A DNA stretch of 63,762 bases from Octopus bimaculoides (GCF_001194135.2 NC_068993.1:13593500-13657261), one strand, 5' to 3'; counted from the first letter of the stretch, positions 1-12,818 are shown. Notes: a model not told the origin generated them from the letters alone. Numbers and translations: made by a program.

Positions 1-37
1 TATATATATATATTTATATATATATATATATATATAT

Positions 38-135
38 CACAAGCTTCTCACCGTTTTCATCTACACAATTAATTCACAAGTTGGTTCGTGGCTATAGGAG
101 AAGACACATGCTCTAGGTGCTGTGCAGGGGGATTG
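38..135 (-). mobile_element. Family A tRNA-derived SINE, diverged 5' half, next to its internal (TA)n tract
   Basis: aagcttctcaccgttttcatctacac...gctataggagaagacacatgctctaggtgctgtgcagggggattgaa aligns by eye to the reverse complement of the A copy at 60781-60940. Confidence 0.6.
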
Positions 136-2026
136 AATTAATGGAAGCTTTATTTCAAAATAATTAAAATAAACTCATACTGCTGCTATTCTAATGGCAG
201 AGAAAATAAATACATCGGTGTCTTATGCCTGGAAATGTACACTTTTCCATCACATGTAATCTGGTCTTCCCTCTCGGAGAACTTCAGAAAACGATTTTAC
301 TCTTCACATAATATAAGAGTTTTGAGTGCAGCTGGCACCACAAGCGGCGGTGATCCTGCTTAAGTACTGGTTGATTCCAGCAGTCATTATTTTAATCTAC
401 TTTATCGATTCATGCAAGATCACTTCATATTCATGTGTTAACGAATAACTTTCTAACCTATAGCATGTCATTTGTTTGATTTTATGAATCCGTTATATAT
501 AGATGAATACATTTCCTATAGCGTTTGTTATATTTAATCATACACAACTATGCACATGATCCCAATCATGATTAACCCTTCGTTAGTCACCTGACCTTTC
601 CGAACATGGTTAGTCACATGAAGTCTTTATACACACCCATACAAACATGTTTATAGTTTTAGTATTATGCAAAATATACTGATTCTGTTGGTTCAGGATG
701 TATCTGGAATCACTAATGGGAAGTTTGAAAGCCTTGTAACTGAATAATATTAATATAAGACATTAGAATAAAATAAATTATAAAATTAAGGAACTACTAA
801 AAAAATCTTAGATTCAGATCACTTTTATTTTGAATATACTCACAGAGTACACCATTTTGTGAAACTTTTTAATATCTATGATGAATATTGACGTTAAATA
901 GATGACACAACAGGCGATCTGCGTTACAATATGCATTAAATCAAGGCTTGAGCTAAAGATAATTATTCATTGAAACGAAACCTGCGTTAGTCACACGGGG
1001 TGACTAGACCAAAACGACCTCCCATGACATCTGAGCCACGACTGCGCCACACCACCTGCAATACACACTTACTGAGTCAGAAGAGTAGATGAAGGGAGCA
1101 AACGAAAAATAAGTTACCAAATAGAAATTACGAGCATTTAGAAAAATGTGGGTGGACAACACACCCCATGTGGTTAACGAAGTGTTGATCGCTCTCTGAG
1201 AGTCGTCACCTTGTTGCGGTGAGAGAGTTAGTTGTAATGACTTCACTAGCATTGTTGTCAGGAGTTTCTAAATCCAAATAAGACTACCGATTGCAGAACT
1301 GCTGTATTTAGATCTTGTCTGAATTTGATATTAACTAAGATAGTTGTAGTAATGTAATGTTTTCCTAATATTATTCAAACTTCTAATTAACGTCAATATT
1401 GTCTTCTTAATAAAAAATTGAATTAATCAAAACGATGGAAGTGGATATCGCCACTCCTTGATATTAAGCTGACAAACTGACAAACTGGCATATACAGCAC
1501 TCTTGTAGGCATATAACGATACCCCTATCAATTCAACGAAATCATATAAAAGATATTTCCTTCATTCTTTCTAAACCCAATTACCACTAACTGTGGTGAG
1601 ATGAAGCAAAATTAAATACTCAATCCATGTAAAAGATCAATGTAAATATTTTTCACGAAGCGAAACCCAATCTGTCGCATCACGCTTCTTAACGAAAGTT
1701 AACCTGCAGCAATCATTCCATGTGAAATCTTTAAACATGGGGCTCGGAAGGATAGTGTATTTTTTAAGGGAAACGAACAGTGTGAAGAAGGGAGCCTTTA
1801 ATACTTTAAAGAAAGAAAACAAGGCAAATAAAGACACGTGTCATTTATCTTGGTGGTGTCAGTGATTGTAGTTTGGCGCTCGTTTATACTGGGTGAAAAT
1901 TGGGGTATTTTTGGCACGTGTCGACTAATACATTTTCAGTCAAATTTGGTTGCCGAAACTGTAGAGAAGTCTAACTCGTAAACCTATATACGTGTGTGTA
2001 TGCGCTTGTATGTATGTGTGTGTGTG

Positions 2027-2030
2027 AGAA

Positions 2031-2077
<47 letters not shown>

Positions 2078-2120
2078 AGAGCGAATGAGGGAGAGAGTGA
2101 GGGACAGAGAGAGAGAGAGA
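2027..2120. repeat. (GA)n microsatellite
   Basis: Directly visible. Confidence 0.95.
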
Positions 2121-2199
2121 CTGAGTCTGTGTCAGTGATTATATTTATGTCTCGTAAATTCGTGGTTTCACAATTCAGCATCGTTAAATCTGCTGCCGG

Positions 2200-2290
2200 G
2201 CTTAGAAGTCGTTACTGGCATCGATACGATCAAACCAAACCTTGAAAGTACGGCTGCTGTATAACGACTGAAACCAATGAAAAATAAATA
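2200..2290 (+). mobile_element. Remnant 3' tail of an A-like SINE
   Basis: atcgatacgatcaaac...cggctgctgtataacgactgaaaccaatgaaaaataa resembles the A tail catggccgcagtcaaatgactgaaacaagtaaaag. Confidence 0.4.
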
Positions 2291-2539
2291 AATGAATGAA
2301 CATCAAAAATTTGGCGATTAGATATTTTGTCAAAGAATGCATGCAGCAGATTTGAATTAACATTGCAAAAGTTTGTACAAGAATGCACTATCTACAGAAT
2401 GTCTTCAATAAAATATGAACTTATGATACTAACTTTGTCTTTTCTCATATCTACGCTTCTTTTCATCCAATGTTTCTATTCATTTATATCTTCTTGGTAT
2501 TATTTCTTTCGTTATTAATACGGAACTTCAGCAATTATA

Positions 2540-3439
2540 CATACATACATGCATATACAAACATATAGTTATCTAAATATATCTATATATATAAATACAT
2601 ACAAATATACATACATATATATACATGCATTTACACACACACACACACTCACACACACAGACACACACACATATATTTATATACATATATATATATATAT
2701 ATATATANNNNNNNNNNNNNNNNNNNNNNNNNNNNNNNNNNNNNNNNNNNNNNNNNNNNNNNNNNNNNNNNNNNNNNNNNNNNNNNNNNNNNNNNNNNNN
2801 NNNNNNNNNNNNNNNNNNNNNNNNNNNNNNNNNNNNNNNNNNNNNNNNNNNNNNNNNNNNNNNNNNNNNNNNNNNNNNNNNNNNNNNNNNNNNNNNNNNN
2901 NNNNNNNNNNNNNNNNNNNNNNNNNNNNNNNNNNNNNNNNNNNNNNNNNNNNNNNNNNNNNNNNNNNNNNNNNNNNNNNNNNNNNNNNNNNNNNNNNNNN
3001 NNNNNNNNNNNNNNNNNNNNNNNNNNNNNNNNNNNNNNNNNNNNNNNNNNNNNNNNNNNNNNNNNNNNNNNNNNNNNNNNNNNNNNNNNNNNNNNNNNNN
3101 NNNNNNNNNNNNNNNNNNNNNNNNNNNNNNNNNNNNNNNNNNNNNNNNNNNNNNNNNNNNNNNNNNNNNNNNNNNNNNNNNNNNNNNNNNNNNNNNNNNN
3201 NNNNNNNNNNNNNNNNNNNNNNNNNNNNNNNNNNNNNNNNNNNNNNNNNNNNNNNNNNNNNNNNNNNNNNNNNNNNNNNNNNNNNNNNNNNNNNNNNNNN
3301 NNNNNNNNNNNNNNNNNNNNNNNNNNNNNNNNNNNNNNNNNNNNNNNNNNNNNNNNNNNNNNNNNNNNNNNNNNNNNNNNNNNNNNNNNNNNNNNNNNNN
3401 NNNNNNNNNNNNNNNNNNNNNNNNATATATGTATGTATC

Positions 3440-3473
<34 letters not shown>

Positions 3474-4630
3474 CATGCATGATTGTATGCATATATTGCC
3501 AGTGTTATATGAAAAGCACCAAAAAGAACGAAGATAATTGAAGAGGAGCAAGTTTTAGCAAATATGTAAGCATGTGCATACATGTATATGTAATGTGTAC
3601 ATATGCGTATATAAATGTGTGTGCATAGATATATACCAATCATAGATACTAATATATGTTTGTGAATATATATCTAAGCAGGCAGGCAAACACAAGAATA
3701 TATGTGCATATGCAAATAACGTGCATATAAATACGAGTTCAAACAAATACACACACTAAGGGCACACACACACACACGCACATATATATATATACATATA
3801 TATATATACATATATATATATATATGTATGTATGTATATATATATGTATATATATATACATATATATATATACACACATATATATACATATACATATATA
3901 CATATATATATGTATATATATANNNNNNNNNNNNNNNNNNNNNNNNNNNNNNNNNNNNNNNNNNNNNNNNNNNNNNNNNNNNNNNNNNNNNNNNNNNNNN
4001 NNNNNNNNNNNNNNNNNNNNNNNNNNNNNNNNNNNNNNNNNNNNNNNNNNNNNNNNNNNNNNNNNNNNNNNNNNNNNNNNNNNNNNNNNNNNNNNNNNNN
4101 NNNNNNNNNNNNNNNNNNNNNNNNNNNNNNNNNNNNNNNNNNNNNNNNNNNNNNNNNNNNNNNNNNNNNNNNNNNNNNNNNNNNNNNNNNNNNNNNNNNN
4201 NNNNNNNNNNNNNNNNNNNNNNNNNNNNNNNNNNNNNNNNNNNNNNNNNNNNNNNNNNNNNNNNNNNNNNNNNNNNNNNNNNNNNNNNNNNNNNNNNNNN
4301 NNNNNNNNNNNNNNNNNNNNNNNNNNNNNNNNNNNNNNNNNNNNNNNNNNNNNNNNNNNNNNNNNNNNNNNNNNNNNNNNNNNNNNNNNNNNNNNNNNNN
4401 NNNNNNNNNNNNNNNNNNNNNNNNNNNNNNNNNNNNNNNNNNNNNNNNNNNNNNNNNNNNNNNNNNNNNNNNNNNNNNNNNNNNNNNNNNNNNNNNNNNN
4501 NNNNNNNNNNNNNNNNNNNNNNNNNNNNNNNNNNNNNNNNNNNNNNNNNNNNNNNNNNNNNNNNNNNNNNNNNNNNNNNNNNNNNNNNNNATATATATAT
4601 ATATATATATAAGTGTGTTTATATATATAT
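2540..4630. repeat. (TA)n/(CA)n/(TG)n microsatellite field spanning two N-gaps (about 2708-3424 and 3923-4590)
   Basis: Directly visible; gap edges are TA repeats. Confidence 0.95.
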
Positions 4631-5196
4631 ATTAATGAATGATATTCTTAATTTTCAAGTTCATGTCTGTAGTTTCTGTTTTCACAATTTTACAGCATTG
4701 CATATTTTAATAGTGCAAGTACTTTCATGCTTTTCACAATTTTCACGTTTATCTAGCGGTAATAGTAACCGGTAGTTTTGCATCACAGTTGATACCTCGT
4801 GACACCAATGTGTTTGTACTTTAAATACTTTTTAATAACCTCCAACTGACTGAATCTTACAGACAGTATTTTAAGTAATCAGCGCGAGGTATAGATGTCA
4901 CGATTTGACTAGCGCGCAATCACATTTGACATTGACAGTGTTTATTCATACAATCATTTCAATTAATCTGTGACGGCTTCAGCTACATCAAAATTTGAGA
5001 AACACCTGATACTCTGAATAGTGTTACAACCTTAGATATTTAAAAATGAATGTAATATTACTGTTAGAATTCCTACTGTTTTTAATAAGAAATACACTTA
5101 AATTTCATCAACATTTCTTTTATTATTATTACCACTATAACCATTACTATTATGACCATGATTATCATAATTATATTATTATTATTATTATTATTT

Positions 5197-5575
5197 TATG
5201 TTTGACTTTTGTTTTGCATTTGTACACGTTGGATCCAAGTCTCACTCAGAGACCTCAAGAGACAACAAGTTACAAGTTCATGTAGGTGTTATGCCTAGGG
5301 TACCATATATTTGGATTTGTACAGTTTTGTTCAAGTGAATGTTTAAGAAACCATAAGAAAATTATGTGTTTGCTTTAAAATTTGAGATCACATAGACAGT
5401 ATTTTACGTAGGATATGGGCAGTTCCCATGAGCACTATCTTTTGAACTTCAGCCATTTTGGGATTTCCTGGTATCTGAGCTAGGTAGTAATCAGCCCGTT
5501 TCGCTGTCATTCCCAGGGCACCTATGACAATAGGTATTGTTTTCGTCTTCAGATTCCACATTTTGCTAATTTCTA

Positions 5576-5579
<4 letters not shown>
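5197..5579 (-). mobile_element. 5'-truncated R4/Dong-clade non-LTR retrotransposon (RLE-type LINE) 3' end, embedded in (TAA)n
   Basis: Minus-strand frame 5576-5388 reads IEISKMWNLKTKTIPIVIGALGMTAKRADYYLAQIPGNPKMAEVQKIVLMGTAHILRKILSM*. This matches the C-terminal end of the restriction-like endonuclease region of R4/Dong ORFs (EIxxMW..T..VPxVIGALG...QKxVLxGTAxILRK). It is followed by a ~190-nt 3' UTR ending in (TAA)n; the 5' break also abuts (TAA)n. Confidence 0.88.
5388..5576 (-). pseudogene. Intact 62-codon C-terminal fragment of an R4/Dong LINE ORF (no start, no RT domain in the window)
   Basis: Manual translation; no internal stops; ends in TGA at 5390-5388. It is absent from the supplied ORF track. 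Confidence 0.85.
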
Positions 5580-5658
<79 letters not shown>

Positions 5659-5666
5659 CATCATTA
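5580..5666. repeat. (TTA)n array between the two R4/Dong-type inserts
   Basis: Directly visible. Confidence 0.95.
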
Positions 5667-5972
5667 TTGACTTTGGATCTGCATGTTTGTTACAATCACT
5701 TGCCGAGACACACCCAGCGTCCTACGTCGAGTGAAGGATAAGAGATGTTACAGTATGACTAATTCTACTCGTGATCAGAGAGGCACATATCGTCAGCCAT
5801 TAAAGTACATGTTGAACTAGTTAAGGTCAAGCAACTGACAAGCAAACCTGTGGCATTGAAAAGAATATTTTCTGCAGCCTATCTTTTATACCAAAACAAA
5901 GTACATGATAGCACTTCCAATCAGTTAAGATCAAAAGCCATGAGAGTCACTGCCGAGTACTGCATCAGGACA
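5667..5972 (-). mobile_element. Non-coding ~310-bp element with an R4/Dong-like 3' terminus, flanked by (TAA)n on both sides
   Basis: 5703-5723 matches 5235-5255 at 15/21, and 5667-5684 matches 5202-5219 at 15/18, with the same 8-nt spacing between blocks. No RLE reading frame upstream. Confidence 0.65.
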
Positions 5973-6041
<69 letters not shown>

Positions 6042-6078
6042 CATCATCATCATCATCATCATTATCATTATTATTATT
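5973..6078. repeat. (TTA)n-(TCA)n compound microsatellite
   Basis: Directly visible. Confidence 0.95.
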
Positions 6079-6559
6079 GTGTAAACATCTCAATAAATTT
6101 CTTTTCTCTTTGTCTTCTTCCCGACTTGACTCGTTACACAGATTGTAAACTGGGAATGTTATAAACATTTTCAGAGAGCACCAAAATACTTGTATTATTT
6201 TAATGTTATATTGTAAGATTCCNNNNNNNNNNNNNNNNNNNNNNNNNNNNNNNNNNNNNNNNAAAAAAAAAAAAAAAAAAAAAATAAAAAAAAATCTGTC
6301 TATGTTGGAATTTCAATGACTAATATCTTTATTTATACCAAATCACACCAAATCTCATATTTATATACTTTTATTGTATATACGCCAAAATGTCTGGAAA
6401 ACATTGAACAGCATCAACGGTGTCGGAAATGATCTTAAAGGAAATAAATTACAGTTTGTCAACACTTATCTCGATGATAGATACATAAACATTTATTCTA
6501 CGTGAAATGGAAAAAACATCATGCAGACGAAAATCAAGTAAGTGAACGTCTAAATTTTG

Positions 6560-6960
6560 AAACGAAGAATTTTCTGAAAGTCTATCAACAGTTGTAAAGA
6601 ACCCAAGAGAAAGTTTACCATCGCAACCATCTTGGATATTAAGACTTAACGAAACAAATTTAGAATAGGAAACATATAGAGAAAGATAGAAGATATGGAC
6701 CACATGGCAAAATTCTTTCAATTTACGAATAAAAAAAAAAAGAAATTTTCTGGAAGACATACAAATATGAGAAATATGCTGAAATATATTCTAATTGGAT
6801 TAGCTTAGCTGTACCCGTACTTCCTAACAGGTTCGTAATTAAAGAAATTTTAGGAGACCTGGAGGAGGAAACTAAACTTAGATGAAAATTCGCTATGACG
6901 AAATTAAGAATAGATATAGCCATTAACCCATGTAAGCAATCTCGTTTCAAGATTGAATAC
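6560..6960 (+). pseudogene. Possible heavily decayed L1/Tx1-like ORF2 linker remnant
   Basis: Broken frames give ...SWILRLNETNLE*ETYRER*KIWTTWQ... and ...KEILGDLEEETKL, loosely like the WKLNxSxL..Y...I...W..W segment that follows the APE domain. There are many stops, so the match is weak. Confidence 0.25.
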
Positions 6961-7344
6961 GAAACTTCTAGAAACAAATTCTTGAGGAAACATTAAAAAA
7001 ATGAGAGTGGACTAGGGATATTTCAAAAGAAATCAAGAAACAAATGAAGACATTCGTGACAGAGAAAACAGTCGTTTTTCGATGAATATGCTGCAAATTA
7101 TGATAAAGATTTCATAACATTATGAAACAGAAATAAAAGAAAACTGACTCATTTCTGCAACATGCAGCAAATCACACGGTGACATAAACTGTCGTTTGGC
7201 AGTGAATTGACGTTCAACAACTGAAAGAACTCTTTACTATGGCAAAATATAAGGAACCATCATAATACACATCAGATCCACCAAAACCATGTTCCTTAGA
7301 TCAAGAAATTACAGGAGGAAAAACCATGATGAGGTCATTCTCAA

Positions 7345-7737
7345 GATTTCAATAGACATCAGTTAGGAGTGATTGTCGTTGGAATTTCTACGAGTTTACA
7401 AGCTCCAATTTTGGCCTCCCAATTTCTCCGATTGTAATCTCATGGACGACATTGTGCGGGGCGTGGTTGAGAATGATAGTAAGCGCCTTGCCTGCAAATA
7501 AGCCAATATTGAGGTGGTGTTCGAAGGTCTTCCCACGGCCATGGTGCAGAACGTATACTTTTGGTTTCGGAGCCGTTTTGAGGCAGATGGTGGAAGCTGA
7601 AGGTGTTTCCTTCGAGTGTTATCTCCCAGCCATAATCTGGATGATATTCTTTGATATTTTTAGATACTTTTATTTTCCGATTGGATATTGTGTTCTCGTT
7701 TTATGCATACTGTCAAATTTAGCCCGAACAATCTGTA
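7345..7737 (+). mobile_element. Tc1/mariner-superfamily (DD37D/maT-like) transposon 3' remnant with right terminal inverted repeat
   Basis: From about 7386: FYEFTSS / frameshift / WPPNFSDCNLMDDIVRGVVENDSKRLAC*ANIEVVFEGLPTAMVQNVYFWFRSRFEA / frameshift / VEAEGVSFE. This is a decayed WPPNSPDxNPxDYxVWG...F(R)SRLEAVVEAEG motif. It ends tgtcaaatttagcccgaacaatctg|TA at 7711-7737. Confidence 0.8.
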
Positions 7738-8559
7738 AACCATATACTTTAGGCTTCTAAGTGTTATCTCATGATATTTAGGTTATCGGATATTTTCATT
7801 CCTTTTATTTTATGTATCCACAGCAAAAAGTCGATCACGAAATATTGCTGGATTCTATAATTGCTTACCATTGAAATTCAGTAATATAAATGCATTCCAA
7901 AAGCAAAATTTAAATAATATTTGATCGAAATTTATATGTCCAATTTATCAATTGTAATTTTAATTTCTATCGTTTTCTGATTGAAATGAAACCCCGAAAT
8001 ATATCAGACTGCTAACATTACTTAGAATGCTCTTCGTTAATAATTTTGTACATGTTAAGAAGGACCTTCTGATGCAACTTGATATTGCCTTTTTAATAAG
8101 CCACCCCTGCCTGTTTAATAACGTCTAAGATAAAATGAATGTATATAAAAAAATTGAGTGAGTTTCTCTTCAAACCGTATCTTGGTTCGATAACTGTTAC
8201 TTTCTATTCAAAATCATTTGGTTATGGCCTTGTGAAAGGAAGAAATTCATCTTCGATAACATTTCTCAAGAATTTTATGTCTGGCATGGGAGAAAAGAAA
8301 GAACTACTTGAGATTTCTATTTTAAACAGTGTAACAAGATATCGAGTTTAACTACCTGGCCATTGATACTTTTTTCAATATTGAGACAGCTGAGCAAAGC
8401 TTTACGAACATAAACCTGCTTTTATAATATCAGCGCAATCGTTTTAAAATCAGAATTGCACAAACGTAAAAGTTTTAATCTTTCACTGGAACTGATTATC
8501 AAGAAATAGTAGGGCAGAATGTAAATAATCGGATAACATTCGCTTGAGGAATAGACACT

Positions 8560-8790
8560 AGTGTTGATTTCGAATGTCTTAGAAGAGGTTGATGTAAATG
8601 TAAGGAGAAGAAAATCAAATATGCCTCTTAAAACTCAGAGAACAAAATTACATTTTCTAGGATCTATATTCAAGCGTACAATTTGAAATCAACAGGATTC
8701 CAGTGAAGACTAAATTGTGAAATACAGAATCAAAACAAGAGTGTCAGGACACAAGGAAGAACATTTATGCTATAACTTAACTTGCTATGA
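8560..8790 (+). pseudogene. Possible RTE-like LINE C-terminal remnant
   Basis: SNVLEEVDVNVRRRKSNMPLKTQRTKLHFLGSIFKR...KSVRTQGRTF loosely resembles NEEVL...IRKRQLxFLGHIMR...KRGRGRPR. Confidence 0.25.
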
Positions 8791-9784
8791 TTAGTAACTA
8801 AATATCACTAAAATTTTGTCATACTATTTAAAGCTATGTTATATCGTTCAAGTATAAGCTAACCAAAATGAAATGCAAGGAAAAAACCAGGACTATAAAA
8901 CATTTGATCATTACTCTACTCAGTCAGAATCAACTTCAAACTAAGCCGCAATGAAGATATAAAGAGATTTTGGACCAGCTAATATGTACTTGTAGTGTGT
9001 GAATAAAGATTGCAAAGAAACATAATATGATCTGAAGTTATTTTCAAAGCGGATACATTATTTATCAAATACTGTACAAAAATGAGACAAATTTCAGGAA
9101 CGATAAAAATGAAAGCAGAAAGAAAAATATAAATAAATCTAGTCAGAGAATAATCAGCATTTTAAATGTGGTTGAAAGCAAATATCAAGTGTAATCCCAA
9201 TACAAACAACTTCATATTAAATAAGGAATGTATGAAGAATCGTAATATATTGTGGTATCAGGATAAATGCTAAAAACTGCGAACAGGAGAGCTAAATTGA
9301 ATCGACAGGAAACTCATTGCAAATTCCTTACCCAAAGCAACCCTATAGCTTCTGCAATGCAAACAGTGGAAATGGAAAAGTTTTATTCAAATATATCTGG
9401 TCACTCATAGAGAAAGGCGACAACAACATAAACATTGAAACGGTGTGCCATTCAACATCGCGACATCTTAGTAGGATTTCCAAACGTGTACATCCTGTGT
9501 CTGGCGGGTAAATGCAACATATTAAATGAGCCAATGAGACATGCAACAAAATACCGCAAAACTCTGTAAATGCAACATTAAGTAATATCTAAACATCCGA
9601 ATAATCTGCAACGAAATTGTTGAAAATCTAGGTAGTTCTTGCAACACGTCAGTTTCGAAACACGGCCACAAAAGAATGTTAATCAGTAAGAAGCACTACA
9701 AATGATGTGATAGGAAAATTTCCATTAACTATTCAAATTGTGAGACACGGAAAACTCGAGTAATAAAGTGATTTAAATCTTGAT

Positions 9785-9873
9785 ACATATGTATGTGTGT
9801 GCGCGCGTATGCATGTATGTATAAGTGTGTGCGTATCTACATACATATATGCACACACACACACACACACACA

Positions 9874-9904
<31 letters not shown>

Positions 9905-9905
9905 C

Positions 9906-9956
<51 letters not shown>

Positions 9957-10102
9957 NNNNNNNNNNNNNNNNNNNNNNNNNNNNNNNNNNNNNNNNNNNN
10001 NNNNNNNNNNNNTATTGCTATCCTCGTACATACATAACATAGATACATGTGTGTGTGTCTATATATGTTCATATAATATATTTATGCATATGCTTAGAGA
10101 AA

Positions 10103-10161
<59 letters not shown>

Positions 10162-10380
10162 TTAAAGAACATGTATCCATGTAACCAGCTTTTTTTCTGT
10201 GCATACGTATATGCGTTTATTTATGTCTGTGTATATACATATATACATATACATATACATACATGCATATATGTGAGCGTGTGTGTGCGCGCTTGTATGC
10301 ATGTGTGAGTGTGTATGGTGTGCGTGTGTGTATGTGTTTGTGTTTGTGCGTCTCTGTGTGTGAGTGTCTTCATACGTGTT
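9785..10380. repeat. (TG)/(CA)/(TA)/(CT) microsatellite field with a gap at about 9957-10012
   Basis: Directly visible. Confidence 0.9.
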
Positions 10381-10959
10381 TGTGCCAGTGGTCAAAGTAG
10401 ATATCCACATAAACTTCTATAATTTGTATCAGTTAGAATATATATTAGAAATGCATGTACTACTCTTAATTCAATTTTAAAATCAACAGTTTAAAACAAT
10501 CTTGGATTTATTCAAACATATTTCATTTCTTATTCTTAAATTCTTCTTATATGGCTAATCAAGGTAATCTTGCTGATAGATATGTATTCGCAGCACACAT
10601 CTCAGTTGCGTTAGTGAAAAAGTAATATCGTTTAATATTTCCAGCCCGACACAAGAAATGCATAAGTATAACGAATAGTCTATTGAAGGCATTATATAAA
10701 GAAACGTTGATTTATCACTTCTAGAGAATTTTTCTAAAGAAATCTAGAATTGCTATTAATTCCACTATTCATTAATAAAAAGAAAACTTCTTCAAAATAT
10801 CATGTCTGAAAAAGATTCTTATTTTTATTTCGCTGTATTTTATATACATTTCTGCGTAAAATTGTGTAATTCACTTAAAGTTAGTGATTGTTAATTCAGA
10901 TTTCGTGCAGTTCTTAAGGTTGTTCAAAGCGTAACACGTGATCACATTTCATATATTCC

Positions 10960-11115
10960 TGTTCAGCTCCACTGCATGTCGTCTTGAGCAAGGGTATTTT
11001 ACTATAAACGTGGGCTAACCCATGATTTGTCAATGAATTTGGTAGAAGGAAATTTGCAAAATTCTGACGTACATGCATATATATTATGATATATCATACA
11101 TATATCCATAGGAAT

Positions 11116-11183
<68 letters not shown>
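10960..11183 (+). mobile_element. Family A SINE, diverged 5' half running into (CA)n and a gap
   Basis: gttcagctccactgcatgtcgtcttgagcaagggtattttactata...gaatttggtagaaggaaattt aligns to the A head and core. Confidence 0.65.
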
Positions 11184-12479
11184 NNNNNNNNNNNNNNNNN
11201 NNNNNNNNNNNNNNNNNNNNNNNNNNNNNNNNNNNNNNNNNNNNNNNNNNNNNNNNNNNNNNNNNNNNNNNNNNNNNNNNNNNNNNNNNNNNNNNNNNNN
11301 NNNNNNNNNNNNNNNNNNNNNNNNNNNNNNNNNNNNNNNNNNNNNNNNNNNNNNNNNNNNNNNNNNNNNNNNNNNNNNNNNNNNNNNNNNNNNNNNNNNN
11401 NNNNNNNNNNNNNNNNNNNNNNNNNNNNNNNNNNNNNNNNNNNNNNNNNNNNNNNNNNNNNNNNNNNNNNNNNNNNNNNNNNNNNNNNNNNNNNNNNNNN
11501 NNNNNNNNNNNNNNNNNNNNNNNNNNNNNNNNNNNNNNNNNNNNNNNNNNNNNNNNNNNNNNNNNNNNNNNNNNNNNNNNNNNNNNNNNNNNNNNNNNNN
11601 NNNNNNNNNNNNNNNTACCTACGTAAATATATCTTACTCTAAATGAATTAGTCAAAAAAAAGAAGAAAAGAAAGGGAGAGGATAGAATTTGGTCAGTGTG
11701 GAATTTATACTATTTTAGGCCGCCTGTTTCTAGCCATCAATCTTAAGCTATTGTTCTCTCTTACTACTGTTGAATAGTATTGACGTCTTGTAAACAAGAT
11801 TAATGTCCCTCAAACTCTTTATGGTTTGTGACAGGCTTCGTGGGGAATTATTTGCAAATATACAAACCATCGACAGCTATGGTATTGCTAATTATTTTAA
11901 ATTTGAAATTTCAACATCCGTCTCATTAATTAACAAAAAGCTCATGTAAGTACAAAACAATTAGTAGGAATACGTAGAACTTGTAATCGAGGATTATAAA
12001 TAAATGAGCTTTAAACATGTAATGTAACAATAAGATTAAGAATACATGCAATCCTGAATAAGAGGACTAGTTATTACTGGTACAGCTGTAATTGTAAGCG
12101 AAGATGATTATTACATAGGGAGACAGAGCAAATTACACAAGTGGTAAGAGAAGAAGTTACACCCAAAACAAAATCAAGCCAAACCAAAGAGAAAGCAATA
12201 AAAATAAACAGGAAAATCGAAAAAAAGGGAATGGAATTATAAAAAGCAAAGAATAAAAAATAAAAAGGATATCATCTCATCATTAAATAAATAGAGAAGG
12301 GACAAGGAAAGGAAATCTATAATTTAAAGAATTAAGAAATTGACAATTACCATATAATACAAGTATGTTTTATCTCTGACCTGCCTAGGGAGGTGTGCAG
12401 GTGTTGTAATATCCATTTGCTCACGTCATTAATTATCGAGGGAATTGATCTTAAAGTTTTGCTGCAAAAATGTTTACAT

Positions 12480-12818
12480 CTTACCGTTTGTTCCTGCCTC
12501 TAATTTCGGATGTTATAAACAGTCACTTTAGTTTTCCCTAAATTACAAGGAGGTGCACAGCTCAATATTAACCGACAGATATTATCTATTTTGTTTCGTT
12601 GTCTTTAAACTCCAAGATTATCTTCCATAATTAGGTTGATATTTCCGTATAACTACGTTTAAATTATAAAACGTGGTGATAATATTTAAATTTTAAATTT
12701 GTTGTGCAACAGTTCATATAATGATAATTTTTTTATCCGTAACAATTGAGCGTCTATAAATTACGTACTTCTTAAGGCATTGTTCACCTAACGGACAATT
12801 ATTAGGGTCCCTACAATT
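12480..12818 (-). mobile_element. Penelope-like element remnant: Cys-rich linker plus GIY-YIG endonuclease
   Basis: [30 protein letters not shown], then after a frameshift HYMNCCTTNLKFKYYHHVL*FKRSYTEIST*LWKIILEFKDNETK. This fits the PLE pattern CNCRxxxxCPLxGxCLxKxVIYxA...YIGxxxTxFKxRYxNHxxSF...STxLSKxIWxLKD. Confidence 0.8.

Noticed and set aside
7452-7760. 102-aa ORF MCGAWLRM...
   Set aside because: It is mostly an off-frame reading of the decayed DD37D-type transposase remnant.
9330-9500. Minus-strand AG...GTAAGG-bounded segment that looks like an exon
   Set aside because: All three frames contain stops before the donor. It could only be a UTR or non-coding exon, and there is no support for that.
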